This document shows, piece by piece, positions 28,493 through 38,307 of a stretch of 64,000 bases of DNA (the stretch's first letter is position 1; every line of letters starts with the position of its first letter). The notes below the pieces were generated by a model that saw only the letters and a list, made by a program, of their open reading frames with translations, ran no database searches and had not been told where the DNA came from. The position numbers and the translations under genes are program-made. Source of the DNA: Candidatus Latescibacterota bacterium (GTDB lineage Bacteria > Latescibacterota > UBA2968 > UBA8231); the NCBI GenBank assembly GCA_965243025.1, contig CBDETY010000003.1, positions 6,336,001 through 6,400,000 on the forward strand. The letters are read 5' to 3'.

Positions 28493-29128
28493 ATGAGACC
28501 CGTAATTTTTTTGCTGTTTGGCTTGTTGGCCGCGTCCTCCACCTTGGTGCAGGCGAAGGCCGAACCGGAGGAAGGAGTCCGCTGGGCCCTGGGACTGGAT
28601 TTACCCCGGATGGATGGCATCAGCCTTTGGAGAGTGGGGCCTGACCGGGCCTGGGGCTTGGCTCTGACTCGTGCGGATTACACACACAACAATGTCACCG
28701 AGCCATACACCTACCGGGATAAGGACGGGAAACTGAAAAGAAACGACGAGGGCGATTTCCGGCTGGCCAGCCTGGTCGGTTCCTTTACGGTCCAATGGGT
28801 GGGCCCATCCTCGGGGGACGTGGCCGCGTTCACGTTTGGCACACTGCTGGGCGGCTATAACTATGTGCACTGGCCCAACTGGGACCAGGAAGAACGCACC
28901 CGCGTGTTTTACTCCGCAGGCCTGAAGGGAGGGATTGGCGTGGCCTGGAAGCCATTCGAACGCGTCGGGCTGTTCGTTTCCCAAGGAATCGAGGTCCAGT
29001 TCAAAAAGAACGACTTCCCCAGTTACAAGACCGTTGCCAGCCTGCCTCACGGCCTGACCTACTATCGGAGCGACACCTGGTCCGCAAGTTTGTCGGAGCC
29101 TGGGGTGGTGGCATTCTGGATGTTCTAA
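28493..29128 (+). CDS. Putative outer-membrane beta-barrel protein
   Basis: Signal peptide, alternating beta-strand pattern, C-terminal FWMF. Confidence 0.6.
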   Translation: MRPVIFLLFGLLAASSTLVQAKAEPEEGVRWALGLDLPRMDGISLWRVGPDRAWGLALTRADYTHNNVTEPYTYRDKDGKLKRNDEGDFRLASLVGSFTVQWVGPSSGDVAAFTFGTLLGGYNYVHWPNWDQEERTRVFYSAGLKGGIGVAWKPFERVGLFVSQGIEVQFKKNDFPSYKTVASLPHGLTYYRSDTWSASLSEPGVVAFWMF

Positions 29129-29214
29129 AAGGATCAGCACTGGGTCAGAATCAGGACCAGTGCCAGCGTGGCGAAGGGGGGAAAGGCGGCCGTGGTGTTG
29201 CCGGTTCCAAGTCA

Positions 29215-29610
29215 ATGATGCCGAACGCGCATGAAACGGTGCAGGCGTATTTTGACGCCCTTGTCGTTGGTGATGCCGAAACCATCATCGCGATGATGGT
29301 CCCTGCCTCTCACTTTGTTAAAATAGGTACCGACGCTGACGAAGTTGTCGAGGGAAGCTCAGAGATCCCGGCGTATTACCGGAACCACGCCGCGAGTACA
29401 GAAGATTTCACCATCGAGTTTATAAACCTCGACGTGCAGGAACGAGACAACGTCGCGTGGTTCTACACGCGCCAGGTCTGGCGGCTGAAATGGCAGGGCA
29501 CGAGAGAGGAGTTCGTGATGCGAATGACCGGTGTCCTGGAAAAAGTTGACGAGCTGTGGAAGTTTGCACAGATCCACGCCTCTATGGGCGTTCCTGCACC
29601 TCTGAAATGA
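29215..29610 (+). CDS. SnoaL/NTF2-like protein
   Basis: IGTDADE, RMTGVLEK...WKFAQIHASMG. Confidence 0.85.
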   Translation: MMPNAHETVQAYFDALVVGDAETIIAMMVPASHFVKIGTDADEVVEGSSEIPAYYRNHAASTEDFTIEFINLDVQERDNVAWFYTRQVWRLKWQGTREEFVMRMTGVLEKVDELWKFAQIHASMGVPAPLK

Positions 29611-29653
29611 GAAACCGGTGAGGGAGGGAGGTCTAACTCAGACAGATTGCAAG

Positions 29654-29925
29654 TTATCTAAACAAGTCAGCATGAGTACCGGTGCGCTCAAAAATGATGT
29701 CGTCCCCGTCCAGTTGTAAATGAGTAACCAGTCCGATTCAATATGGCATTCACGACGGCCGACGTAATTTCCTACGAGCGGATGATCGAAATAGCGGTCA
29801 TCAAGCCGCTTTCCCTCAATCAGGAGCCGCAGTACTGTCTTGATTTTCTCAAGGTCCTTCCCTCTCCGTTGAGATCGTTTAAGATCCCTTTCAAAGCGCT
29901 TGGAATAAAAAGGGTGCGGCATCAA
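29654..29925 (-). pseudogene. yafQ: YafQ family mRNA interferase, frameshifted near 29714
   Basis: FERDLKR...DHPLVGNYVGRRECHIESDWLLIY; the conserved tail LDGDDIIFERTGTHADLFR* lies in a shifted frame (one A missing). Confidence 0.85.
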
Positions 29926-30182
29926 ATGTTGAGCTTCTTGAACATGTCATCAGCGTCTTCACACTCGACCAATTCTTCCCCTCGATCCGTCTTCTCAAAG
30001 ACGTCGCGGGTTTCCTCATTGGGTAGCTCTACGGGAAACGGCAGTCCGTTGCGCAGTTCCATTTGCTGAAAGAAAAGGGTAATTGCCTGAGTCGTAGTCA
30101 GACCGAGCTTGCTCAATAGCACCTCGACATTTCGCTTCAGCTCTGGATTGATACGTGCCCGGACAACCTCCGTCTTTGCCAT
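29922..30182 (-). CDS. dinJ: DinJ/RelB family antitoxin
   Basis: VRARINPELK...LGLTTTQAITLF...GLPF...PNEET; ATGA overlap with toxin. Confidence 0.92.
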   Translation of the reverse strand: MAKTEVVRARINPELKRNVEVLLSKLGLTTTQAITLFFQQMELRNGLPFPVELPNEETRDVFEKTDRGEELVECEDADDMFKKLNI

Positions 30183-30203
30183 AATAGTCTCCTTCCTCGT
30201 CTG

Positions 30204-30232
30204 ACCGTAGCACGTTTGGGCTACAATGTCAA
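30204..30232 (-). promoter_or_regulatory. Promoter/operator of dinJ-yafQ
   Basis: Minus strand TTGACA-N17-TACGGT; inverted repeat GTAGC-N8-GCTAC at 30207-30224. Confidence 0.65.
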
Positions 30233-30322
30233 GAGGGTGATCTACGAGCCCGTCGCACCGAATCGTTCGGGAATGCTCCGGGCATCGTAGCAAAGGATTT
30301 CGTCCTGCGGTCGTATCTCCTC

Positions 30323-31120
30323 CTATCTCACCCAGTGGTGCAGCAGCGGCTTGGCCCCGTCGGGCAGCGAGTCGTACACCTCCTGCGTCATGGGGAAGAC
30401 GAGGTTCGCCTCGGGCTTGCCCTCGTCGTCGACCATGTCCTCGCGCTCGGGCGTGCCGGGAACGAGGACGTTGACGTTCAGCCACCACGGCGCATACCGG
30501 ACCGTGAGGCCGGCACGCACCTCGTTCGTCCCGTTGGTGGGCACGGCGTGCCACATCCGGCTGTCGAATATCAGTACGCTGCCCGGGTCGCCTGTCGCCT
30601 GGATGCGGCTCGGGTGGTCGGACAGGTGGTCTTCTCCGTAGGCCGGGGTCCAGTTGTTCGGGATTCGATGGCTTCCCGGCACCAGCCACGTGCCGCCGTT
30701 TTCCTGCGTGAACGGCGAGAGCATGAAGATCACCGTCAGCAGCATGGGCGTGTCTGGGTACGGCGCCTCGATGGTGGCGGCGTGTTTCTGGTTGAACGGC
30801 CAGTCTGAGTGCCATCCCTGGGGACTGCTGCCCGGATGCCTCACAACGGGCGTGGACACGGTGATCTTGACGTGCCTGCCCCACAGCGCCTCGGCGACGC
30901 CCACAATCCGCCGGTCGCTCACGTACGGCGCCAGCGACTGGTTGATGGTGAAGAAGCTGCCGGCGACGCGTCGCTTCCATTCAGGGGACGCCGATCCGGC
31001 TTTCTCGATGGTCGCGAGTACGCCCTGTCTGAGTCCGGCCACCTCGCCACCCGGTATGATGCCGGGGACGACTGCCCATCCGTCTTCCCTGACGCGCGTA
31101 ACCGTCTGTTCGATGCCCAT
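30323..31120 (-). CDS. Phytanoyl-CoA dioxygenase family protein
   Basis: EDGW, WHSD, ENGGTWLVPGSH, FDSRMWH...N...R. Confidence 0.92.
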   Translation of the reverse strand: MGIEQTVTRVREDGWAVVPGIIPGGEVAGLRQGVLATIEKAGSASPEWKRRVAGSFFTINQSLAPYVSDRRIVGVAEALWGRHVKITVSTPVVRHPGSSPQGWHSDWPFNQKHAATIEAPYPDTPMLLTVIFMLSPFTQENGGTWLVPGSHRIPNNWTPAYGEDHLSDHPSRIQATGDPGSVLIFDSRMWHAVPTNGTNEVRAGLTVRYAPWWLNVNVLVPGTPEREDMVDDEGKPEANLVFPMTQEVYDSLPDGAKPLLHHWVR

Positions 31121-31158
31121 GGCGCATCGCCGGGCAAGCCGCCGCCTCGAGGGTTCTG

Positions 31159-32904
31159 TCAAGACCGCGTCGAGGTCATGACCGGCCGGTGGGGCGACCT
31201 GCTCTCGTCGGTAGTCTCCATGGTCATGAGCTGGATGATGTCGTTGCTGGTGACCGCGCCCAGGAACCTCTCCGAATCCCTTTCCACGACGGGCATGACG
31301 GAAAGAGAACTCTCCGACATGCGCTGCAGCACGTCTTCGACATGCTCGTCAGGCCAGGCCAACGGGGTCTGGCGGCGTACCACGGCGTCGAGCCGGGTCT
31401 TGCCCCAGGCGTCCTTGGGCAGGTAGCGGAGCATTTCCAGGGACACGATCCCGACCAGCGCTTCCTCGTCCGCCACGACGTAGTGGGGCTGGTGCGGAAC
31501 GATCCACTGATCCGTGAAGTCGCGCACTGTGACCGAAGGCCCCGGATGCGGATGCGAGCGGTCCAGAATGTCATCGATCCTGATGTCTTCCAGGGCGAAG
31601 CGGACTACTCCCAACGGAATGTCGTCAAGTTGCGCCGGCAGGTCGGTCCTCTGGCTGGCCCGGCCCACCGCGAAATTGATCACCGCCGGCATGAAAAGGA
31701 TGTAGCAGAACATGACCAGCACCAGGAATGAGAAAACCACCTCGTCGATGATTCCCGAATCCCACATGACCAGCAACAGCGCGATTTCAGCCACTCCCTT
31801 GCCCATCAGCCCGGTGGCCACCGCATAGGGAACGGCGAGGCGGGACACGTACGCGCCGATGAAGGCGCCGGTGAAGTTGCCGAGCAACGGGATCAGGGCC
31901 AACCCCGCCATGGCTCCCAGCGGCAAGGTTGCGAAGGTGAAGCTGAAGCTCAATCCGGCTGAAGCGAAGAACAGGGGCACGAAGAACCCCTCGGCCACGC
32001 TGCGAATCCCAGGGATGATCTCCCGCTGCACCTGGTAGGGTAGGCCCGACAGCGACGCCCCGAACAGCAAAGCGCCCAGTGAGCCGTGGAGTCCCACCAA
32101 CTCCGCGCCGTACACTGTCAGGAAGAGCAAGCCGAGCAGCAGACCCAGGGAGAGCTGCGGCACCTGGATCACCCGCTGCAACCGCGCCACCAAAGGCGGC
32201 AGCACCCGCGACGACAATACCCAGGTCACCACCGAAAAACCGGCGACTTTGCCCAGCAGAATCAGTATGCCGAGTGGCGAGACCTGGTGGGCGTGTTCGC
32301 CGATGCTGAAGCCGATCAGCAGCAGGGCGATCAACTCGGCGATGATCACCACCGTGAAGATCTGCAGTCCAACCGGCTGTTTCAGGTATCCGCCGTCGGT
32401 CAGCACTTTGGCCACGATGCCCAGACTGGTCATCGACAGCACGCCGGCCAACGCCAGCGACTCGGTGAAATTCAGTTTCAGTCCGAAATCGAAGACCACA
32501 TCGGTGGTGACCAGCATCGAAATGCTCAATGACACGGTCACCGACAGTACGGCGGCGAGGAAGTAATGGCCTTTGAGGGACGACATGAAACTGGAGATAT
32601 CCACTTCGTCCAGGCCGATGAGGAAGAAAAAAATGAACACCCCCAGCGCCAGAACCAGCTCGAGGTGCAGCGAAGACTCGATCCACCAGACGCCGGTCAG
32701 TTCCATGACCGGCCCGAGAAGCATGCCTGCCGCCGCATAGGCGATGATGGAGTTCAACCGCAGCCTGCGAAAAACGCCCTCGGCCAACTTGGCAACGATG
32801 ATGAGCATCCCGACAGTCAACAGCGATTGGTGCAGTTCATTCGTGTGCTCAGCGAAACTGAACAGATCCACCATCTTCTGGAGCGAGAAGCCTTCCGTGG
32901 ACAT
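31159..32904 (-). CDS. Cation:proton antiporter (CPA2-like) with C-terminal CBS pair
   Basis: About 12 hydrophobic segments, FLIGLDE, SMTSLGI, FFVPLFF, GKG; CBS motifs LVGIVS and MPVV...LGAVT. Confidence 0.88.
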   Translation of the reverse strand: MSTEGFSLQKMVDLFSFAEHTNELHQSLLTVGMLIIVAKLAEGVFRRLRLNSIIAYAAAGMLLGPVMELTGVWWIESSLHLELVLALGVFIFFFLIGLDEVDISSFMSSLKGHYFLAAVLSVTVSLSISMLVTTDVVFDFGLKLNFTESLALAGVLSMTSLGIVAKVLTDGGYLKQPVGLQIFTVVIIAELIALLLIGFSIGEHAHQVSPLGILILLGKVAGFSVVTWVLSSRVLPPLVARLQRVIQVPQLSLGLLLGLLFLTVYGAELVGLHGSLGALLFGASLSGLPYQVQREIIPGIRSVAEGFFVPLFFASAGLSFSFTFATLPLGAMAGLALIPLLGNFTGAFIGAYVSRLAVPYAVATGLMGKGVAEIALLLVMWDSGIIDEVVFSFLVLVMFCYILFMPAVINFAVGRASQRTDLPAQLDDIPLGVVRFALEDIRIDDILDRSHPHPGPSVTVRDFTDQWIVPHQPHYVVADEEALVGIVSLEMLRYLPKDAWGKTRLDAVVRRQTPLAWPDEHVEDVLQRMSESSLSVMPVVERDSERFLGAVTSNDIIQLMTMETTDESRSPHRPVMTSTRS

Positions 32905-32939
32905 CGTGGGATTCTCCGCAGGTGCCGTTTGGAGGGTAT

Positions 32940-34190
32940 TCAGTACGGGCTTTTTAGTTTTTCGACCCCGTGGTACTTGCCGTCCGTACCGATCACGGTC
33001 AGGAACACGGCGTCGGATCCCTGGTTGTCGTCCGGCCCGTACTCGAGCTGCATGCCGTCGATTTCCATGGCGCCGGCATCTCGCACCGCGCGGAGAAGGC
33101 ACTCCCGACTCAGGTCGGGGCCGCAGGCTTTAAGGCCGGCGACGGCCAGGCGTCCGGCCAGGTACCCTTCCAGCGAAACGAACCCGGGTTCCGCCCGGGG
33201 GTCGTACTTGGAGAGGGCACCGTGGTATCGGGCCACCACGGGGATGTTCCCGTCGTCGGGGGGAGGAACTACCTGCGTGACGTACACGCCGGCCCCGCCG
33301 GGCCCCAACTCCTTCGCCAGAGCGTTGCTCCCCACGAACGATACCGTCATGAACACCGGGTCCAGCTCCCGCCGCACCAGTTCAATGGTCTTGACCACCG
33401 GCTTGTAGGAGCCAATCATGATCACCGCTTCCGGATTGGCCGCGGTGATCTCGAGGGCGGCTCCCTTCACGGCGCGGGTATTGCGCGGGTAGTGCGCGGC
33501 CGCTACCGGCTCCAGGCCCCGGCGCTCCAGTGCCAGGCGCGCGCCCTCCAGCCCGTTCAAGCCGAAGGAGTCATCCTGATAGAAGACGGCGACGCGGGTG
33601 ATCCCCAGATCCTCGGTGAGCCGCGCCACCATCTCCTCGGTTTCCTGGTAGTACGAAGCCCGGACGTTGAGCACATTGTCCAACTCCGGGTCGCGCAGGA
33701 ATTCGGCCCCCGTGAACGGAGCGAGGAAGGGGACCCCGGCGGCCCGGGCCAGCGGTGATGCAGCGCGGGACGTGGGTGTTCCAACCGCTCCGATCAGCGC
33801 GAATACCGTTTCATTCTCGATCAACCGCTGCGTGTTGGAAGCGGCAAAACCGGTTTCATAGCCGTCATCCAACGCCGTGAGCTTGAGTTCGCGGCCATGG
33901 ACGCCCCCGTCCCGGTTGGCCTCGTGGAATGCCGCCTCGATTCCCAGGCGCATCGCCTTGCCCAGTTCCCGGGCGGGCCCGGTGAACGCGGCCGATTGAC
34001 CGAAAAGGACGTGGTCGTCGGAAAACCCGGGGTCCCCGCGGCCTTCTTCCCGAGCCGTTGCCGGGTGCGGCGTATTCATTCCCCTTCCGCCGTCATCTGG
34101 CTCGGGGGCATCCTGTCCGCAAGCCATGCCAAAGGTTGCAAGCAGCAACCCCGCAATCATCGCAAGGGGGGATATCAAATGAGAAACCAA
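32940..34190 (-). CDS. Periplasmic substrate-binding protein, type 1 (Leu/Ile/Val-like), probable lipoprotein
   Basis: GQSAAFTGP, GGVHGREL...DDGY, GAVGTP, RASY, SLEGY; MAC lipobox-like site. Confidence 0.9.
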   Translation of the reverse strand: MVSHLISPLAMIAGLLLATFGMACGQDAPEPDDGGRGMNTPHPATAREEGRGDPGFSDDHVLFGQSAAFTGPARELGKAMRLGIEAAFHEANRDGGVHGRELKLTALDDGYETGFAASNTQRLIENETVFALIGAVGTPTSRAASPLARAAGVPFLAPFTGAEFLRDPELDNVLNVRASYYQETEEMVARLTEDLGITRVAVFYQDDSFGLNGLEGARLALERRGLEPVAAAHYPRNTRAVKGAALEITAANPEAVIMIGSYKPVVKTIELVRRELDPVFMTVSFVGSNALAKELGPGGAGVYVTQVVPPPDDGNIPVVARYHGALSKYDPRAEPGFVSLEGYLAGRLAVAGLKACGPDLSRECLLRAVRDAGAMEIDGMQLEYGPDDNQGSDAVFLTVIGTDGKYHGVEKLKSPY

Positions 34191-34203
34191 ACGCTGCGCC
34201 AGC

Positions 34204-35157
34204 TCATCGTTGCGTTCTCCTCACGGGGGCAGCTCGCCGCATTGCGAGCCTGACACTTCTGAACCGGTCCATGATTTCCGAAACGAGCAGCCTGAACTCA
34301 ATCTTGGCCCGGAGTGCGGGGTCCTCTGTTTCATAGTGTTCGAGAACACCTTCCATTATGGGTGCAGGATCGAGTCCCTCGTCTTCCAGGTCTCCTTGAA
34401 GAGACGCAAAATCGGCCGATGGATCAGCCATCTCCGCGTCGGTAAAGTCGATGACGGACAAGCGTTCGACGTTTAAAGCATCCACAAGAATGTTGCCGAG
34501 GCAAAAGTCGCTGTGCGCTATTGCCCAAACCTGGTCCGTGCACTCCTCCAGTTCTTGAACCCGCTCTTCGAAACCCGTCACCTCAAAACCTGGTTCATGC
34601 TTTCTTAGAAACTCCAGGCCGCGCCGCGCCTGCTTGAGTTCGAGCTTCAAGTCTGCTTTCGGCTGGGGAACGTGTCTCCTGACATCCTGTGGAATATCCT
34701 CGCTGTGCAGAAATGTCAGGAACTCTCCAAGCGATCGGACAAGCGACTCTCGTTGACTCTCACTCATGGCAGTGACCACCTCGGGCGACAGCTCCGCAGC
34801 GTCTATTCTGGAAAACACGGCGTAAAACCCTTTGGGATGTACATACAACGGCCTGGGAACTGAAACCCGCAAATCCTGCTTGCTCAGGTATCCCAGAAGT
34901 ATCGTTTCCTTCAGCAGTGAAGGACGAGATCCGACCTTGTTGACTTTGAGCACCTTGTCTCTCTGGTAGAAAAATGTAAAACTGGGGCTGAACGATCCCG
35001 AAGGCACAAGCTCCAGATCATCGGTATCTATCTTCTTGGCGAAACGTCTGAGAAAAGCCTGCACGTTCCGGTGGGTCAGGCGCGTAGTTTCCTTTATTCT
35101 CGTACATCGTCTCACGAAAACTTTCCTTTGTAAGGCACGGCGGGCCGATCCAACCAT
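34204..35157 (-). CDS. Aminoglycoside phosphotransferase/kinase-like (APH) family; start uncertain
   Basis: VLK, Brenner motif HSDFCLGNIL, VIDF..A...DP..DF. Confidence 0.82.
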   Translation of the reverse strand: MVGSARRALQRKVFVRRCTRIKETTRLTHRNVQAFLRRFAKKIDTDDLELVPSGSFSPSFTFFYQRDKVLKVNKVGSRPSLLKETILLGYLSKQDLRVSVPRPLYVHPKGFYAVFSRIDAAELSPEVVTAMSESQRESLVRSLGEFLTFLHSEDIPQDVRRHVPQPKADLKLELKQARRGLEFLRKHEPGFEVTGFEERVQELEECTDQVWAIAHSDFCLGNILVDALNVERLSVIDFTDAEMADPSADFASLQGDLEDEGLDPAPIMEGVLEHYETEDPALRAKIEFRLLVSEIMDRFRSVRLAMRRAAPVRRTQR

Positions 35158-35185
35158 CCGCCCGAACAGCCAAGGTGCGGGCCGG

Positions 35186-35968
35186 CTACGGAGTGGCTAT
35201 GATCGCGTTGGTGGCGGCTGCCGTGACGGACTCGGAGTAGTGGCTGACGGTAACGCCTTCCGCCACGGGAGTGCGCCGCTGGACGATGAACTCGACCCAG
35301 TCCGGACCGTTGAAGGCGCTGTACGCCAGGTAGAGCGAGTCGGCGAGGCTGCTGAACGGCTTCTCCAGGTCGGGGTAGAGCACGGGGCCGGTGTCGGTCT
35401 GGAAGAAGCCGTAGCGCTCGCTGACGTTGATGGTGAAGACCGGGTGCTCCAGCTCGACCCGGTACCCTCCCGAAGTGAACGCGGTGCGGGCCACGAGAGG
35501 GCTGCCCGCGTCGACCGCCTCGACGACCGCCGAAGGGGTGTCCAGCACGGCGCCCTCCACCCGGGCGAGCATGAACCGGTGGCCGTGGAATGCCTCGCGG
35601 GTGGCGATGACGTGGCGCTCCGGCTGCGGCCCCAGGCTCGGCGGGGTGAGCATGACGCCCATGTCGTTGCGCTCCCAGCTCTTCAGGATCAGCGTCTCCT
35701 CCTCCGACATGACGAGACGGACGTCGGCGTTGGGCTGCGTGAATATGCCCAGGGCGCGGTCGGCGCCGACGCGCTCCGACTTGCAGCTCTCGCCCAGGTA
35801 GAAGTCGCCGCGGCTGCCGTCTCCATCCGTGATGGTGCACCGGCAGTCGATGCGGATGCGCGCGCGATTGTGGAGGTTCTGCCTGCGGTCGGTGACGGTC
35901 TTCGGCGGGAATGCCTCGAAGTCCATTTCGAACATGAAGAAGGATCGGTGGTAGTCCAGTACCTGCAT
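35186..35968 (-). CDS. Hypothetical protein
   Basis: 260-aa ORF with host codon usage, 21 bp downstream of the enolase-family gene. Confidence 0.75.
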   Translation of the reverse strand: MQVLDYHRSFFMFEMDFEAFPPKTVTDRRQNLHNRARIRIDCRCTITDGDGSRGDFYLGESCKSERVGADRALGIFTQPNADVRLVMSEEETLILKSWERNDMGVMLTPPSLGPQPERHVIATREAFHGHRFMLARVEGAVLDTPSAVVEAVDAGSPLVARTAFTSGGYRVELEHPVFTINVSERYGFFQTDTGPVLYPDLEKPFSSLADSLYLAYSAFNGPDWVEFIVQRRTPVAEGVTVSHYSESVTAAATNAIIATP

Positions 35969-35989
35969 GGGAATGGCCGCAGTTTCAGC

Positions 35990-37123
35990 TCAGTGCACTT
36001 CGACCGTCATCGCCTCGAACCGGTCCTGGTCCCATTCGGCGCCCCATCCCGGACCGTCGGGCGGAACTATGTGGCCATCGGCGATGCGCGGCGTATTGAC
36101 CATGCCCCAGACAGTTCCGTGATCGCCGTCGGTCAGGTCATCGGGACCTGCCTCGAAAAACGTCGTGTTGTCGACGCAGCAGCCGAGGTGAGCGTGGAGA
36201 AGACCGAACAGGCCTCCTCCGGCATTCATCTCGATGGTGGTGTCGCAGAGCTCGGCGAAGTGGGCCATCTTCAACACCTGGGTTGTGCCGAACGCAGCGT
36301 TCGTTCCCAGGATGTCGGTCGCCCCGGAAATAAGCCACTGGGTGGAAATCCCGATGTCGTGCTTGAGCCGTTCAGTTGCCCTGACCGGCAGAGTCAACTC
36401 GCGGCAAAGTTGCTGATAGCGGTGTTGCTTCTGCTCGTGCATCGGTTCCTCGAGCCAGATGAAGCCCAGCTCCTCCATGACATGACCGACTTCGACCGCC
36501 TCTTCCAGCGTGTAGGAACAGACGGCGTCGTTGAGGAGCCCGTAGTCGGGCCCTACCACCTCGCGGACATGGCGAAAGATGGGAATATCGGCTTTCCCGC
36601 CTTTGTAGGAGTGAAACTTGTAAGCGTGGATTCCATGGCGTTTTCCCAGCTCGATGGCCTCGAGATACGACTCGAGGGTCCCGTCCCCTGAGGTGAGGTA
36701 GACCGGGAAACGCTCACGTACTTTGCCGATCAGGTCATAGACGGGGAGTCCCGCTGCCTTGCCGAGGATATCCCAGAGACAGTTGTCGAAGTCGCCGAAC
36801 CAGCCGGGGTGCTGGTACAGCCAGCGGGTACCCTTGTGGAGCATCTGGAAGAGCCGTTCGCGCCGGAGGGGGTCTTCACCCACCACCTGCCTGCGCAGCA
36901 TCTCCACCTGGTCGGGCCTCATTGCGGCCGTGCAGAGTCCATCGACGCCCTCATCGGTCAGCACCTTGAGGAAAGCCTGACGCAGAGGCCTTTCGTCCTG
37001 CCGGGCGATGCTCCCGTGAGTGTACTGAATGCGCCGCAGGCCGGGCACCTCCCTCAGCTTGAAGTACCCCTGAAACCGGTCGGGGTCCTCGAGAGTGATG
37101 AGTTTGATGTCGGTGATTTTCAT
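35990..37123 (-). CDS. Mandelate racemase/enolase superfamily enzyme
   Basis: MKITDI, DNCLWDILGKAAGLPVY, WLEEP, PDGPGWG. Confidence 0.9.
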   Translation of the reverse strand: MKITDIKLITLEDPDRFQGYFKLREVPGLRRIQYTHGSIARQDERPLRQAFLKVLTDEGVDGLCTAAMRPDQVEMLRRQVVGEDPLRRERLFQMLHKGTRWLYQHPGWFGDFDNCLWDILGKAAGLPVYDLIGKVRERFPVYLTSGDGTLESYLEAIELGKRHGIHAYKFHSYKGGKADIPIFRHVREVVGPDYGLLNDAVCSYTLEEAVEVGHVMEELGFIWLEEPMHEQKQHRYQQLCRELTLPVRATERLKHDIGISTQWLISGATDILGTNAAFGTTQVLKMAHFAELCDTTIEMNAGGGLFGLLHAHLGCCVDNTTFFEAGPDDLTDGDHGTVWGMVNTPRIADGHIVPPDGPGWGAEWDQDRFEAMTVEVH

Positions 37124-37222
37124 CCGTTATTCCTTACCAACTCCGTCGATTTCACCCGCGCACGCATCTCTCTGCAGTTTCCGGGTAGACTGACGAGCCC
37201 GCATCCCGGGGGAGCAGGAACG

Positions 37223-38296
37223 TTGAAGACCTACCGCGTCGGCATCATCGGCCTCGGCCGCATGGGCAGCACCATCGACGAGGGCCGCCACCCGGACGTG
37301 CCCGATTCCATCGCCTCGGCGTGCCGCAGAATCGAGCGGCTCGAAGTCGTGGCCGGAGCCGATCCCGAACCGGAGAAACGGGACGCCTTCGCCGCGAAGT
37401 GGGGCGTCGAGACCGTGTTCGAGGACTTTACCGACATGCTGGCGCGGGAGCAGCTCGATCTCGTCGCCGTCTGCGTGCCATCGGGCGGCTTGCCCAAGCG
37501 CGTCAACACGGCGCCCGATCCCGGATACCGCGGCGACGCCCACGCCGACATCGGCATCGCCGTCTCCGAAGCGGGAATCCCGATGCTGTACCTGGAGAAG
37601 GCGATCGCCTGTTCGATGGCGAGAGCCGACCAGCTGCGCGATGTCTGCACCGGCAACGGCACCGTCGTCAACACCGGCGTCTTCAAGCGCTTCAACAGCG
37701 GCTTTCAGGCGGTGCGGGATGCCATCGCCGCCGGCGACATCGGCGAGCCGAAGGTTGCCGTCGCCTTCGCCCGCTCGACCCTCGTGCACGGACACATCCA
37801 CTCCGTCGATCTCATTTCCAGCCTCGTCGGCGACCCCGGGATCGTCTCCGTGCGCGGCGACCTCGTCCCGCCGGATGACCGGTTCGTGGGGGAGCAGCTT
37901 CCAAAGGACCCGTTCGCCAATTTCCAGGTCCGCTTCGAGAGCGGTGTCGAAGGCTGGTCGGTTCCGGCGTTCGGGTGGGAGACGGAGGCCGAAGTCATCG
38001 GCTCCGAAGGGAGCATTCGGGCGCTCAACAACGGTGCCGGCGTGATGCTGCGCAAGGGCGGGTGGGACGAGTACGAACTGCGCCCGGTGAGGATCCCGCC
38101 GCCGAACAGCCCGGTCGCAGCCTGCCTCGAGGACATCGTCGATGCCCGCGAGTCGGGACGGCCGTCGTACAACAACATCGACCTGGCCCACCACACCACC
38201 GAAGCCGTCTTCGCCGCGGCCGAGAGCCATCGCCGCGGCGGCGTCTGGGTGGACCTGCCGCTGGAGAACCGGGACCTCTACATCTACCACGTCTGA
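37223..38296 (+). CDS. Gfo/Idh/MocA family oxidoreductase
   Basis: GIIGLGRMG, LEKA, HSVD; TTG start after GGAG. Confidence 0.88.
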   Translation: MKTYRVGIIGLGRMGSTIDEGRHPDVPDSIASACRRIERLEVVAGADPEPEKRDAFAAKWGVETVFEDFTDMLAREQLDLVAVCVPSGGLPKRVNTAPDPGYRGDAHADIGIAVSEAGIPMLYLEKAIACSMARADQLRDVCTGNGTVVNTGVFKRFNSGFQAVRDAIAAGDIGEPKVAVAFARSTLVHGHIHSVDLISSLVGDPGIVSVRGDLVPPDDRFVGEQLPKDPFANFQVRFESGVEGWSVPAFGWETEAEVIGSEGSIRALNNGAGVMLRKGGWDEYELRPVRIPPPNSPVAACLEDIVDARESGRPSYNNIDLAHHTTEAVFAAAESHRRGGVWVDLPLENRDLYIYHV

Positions 38297-38307
38297 AGGG
38301 ACCTGCC

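Noticed and set aside
26707-28620. 637-aa - strand ORF
   Set aside because: Antisense shadow of the GH32-like gene.
29631-29659. GTCTAAC...GTTATCT mini attC-like pair
   Set aside because: Only 29 bp, too short for an attC, and the boxes are not fully complementary.
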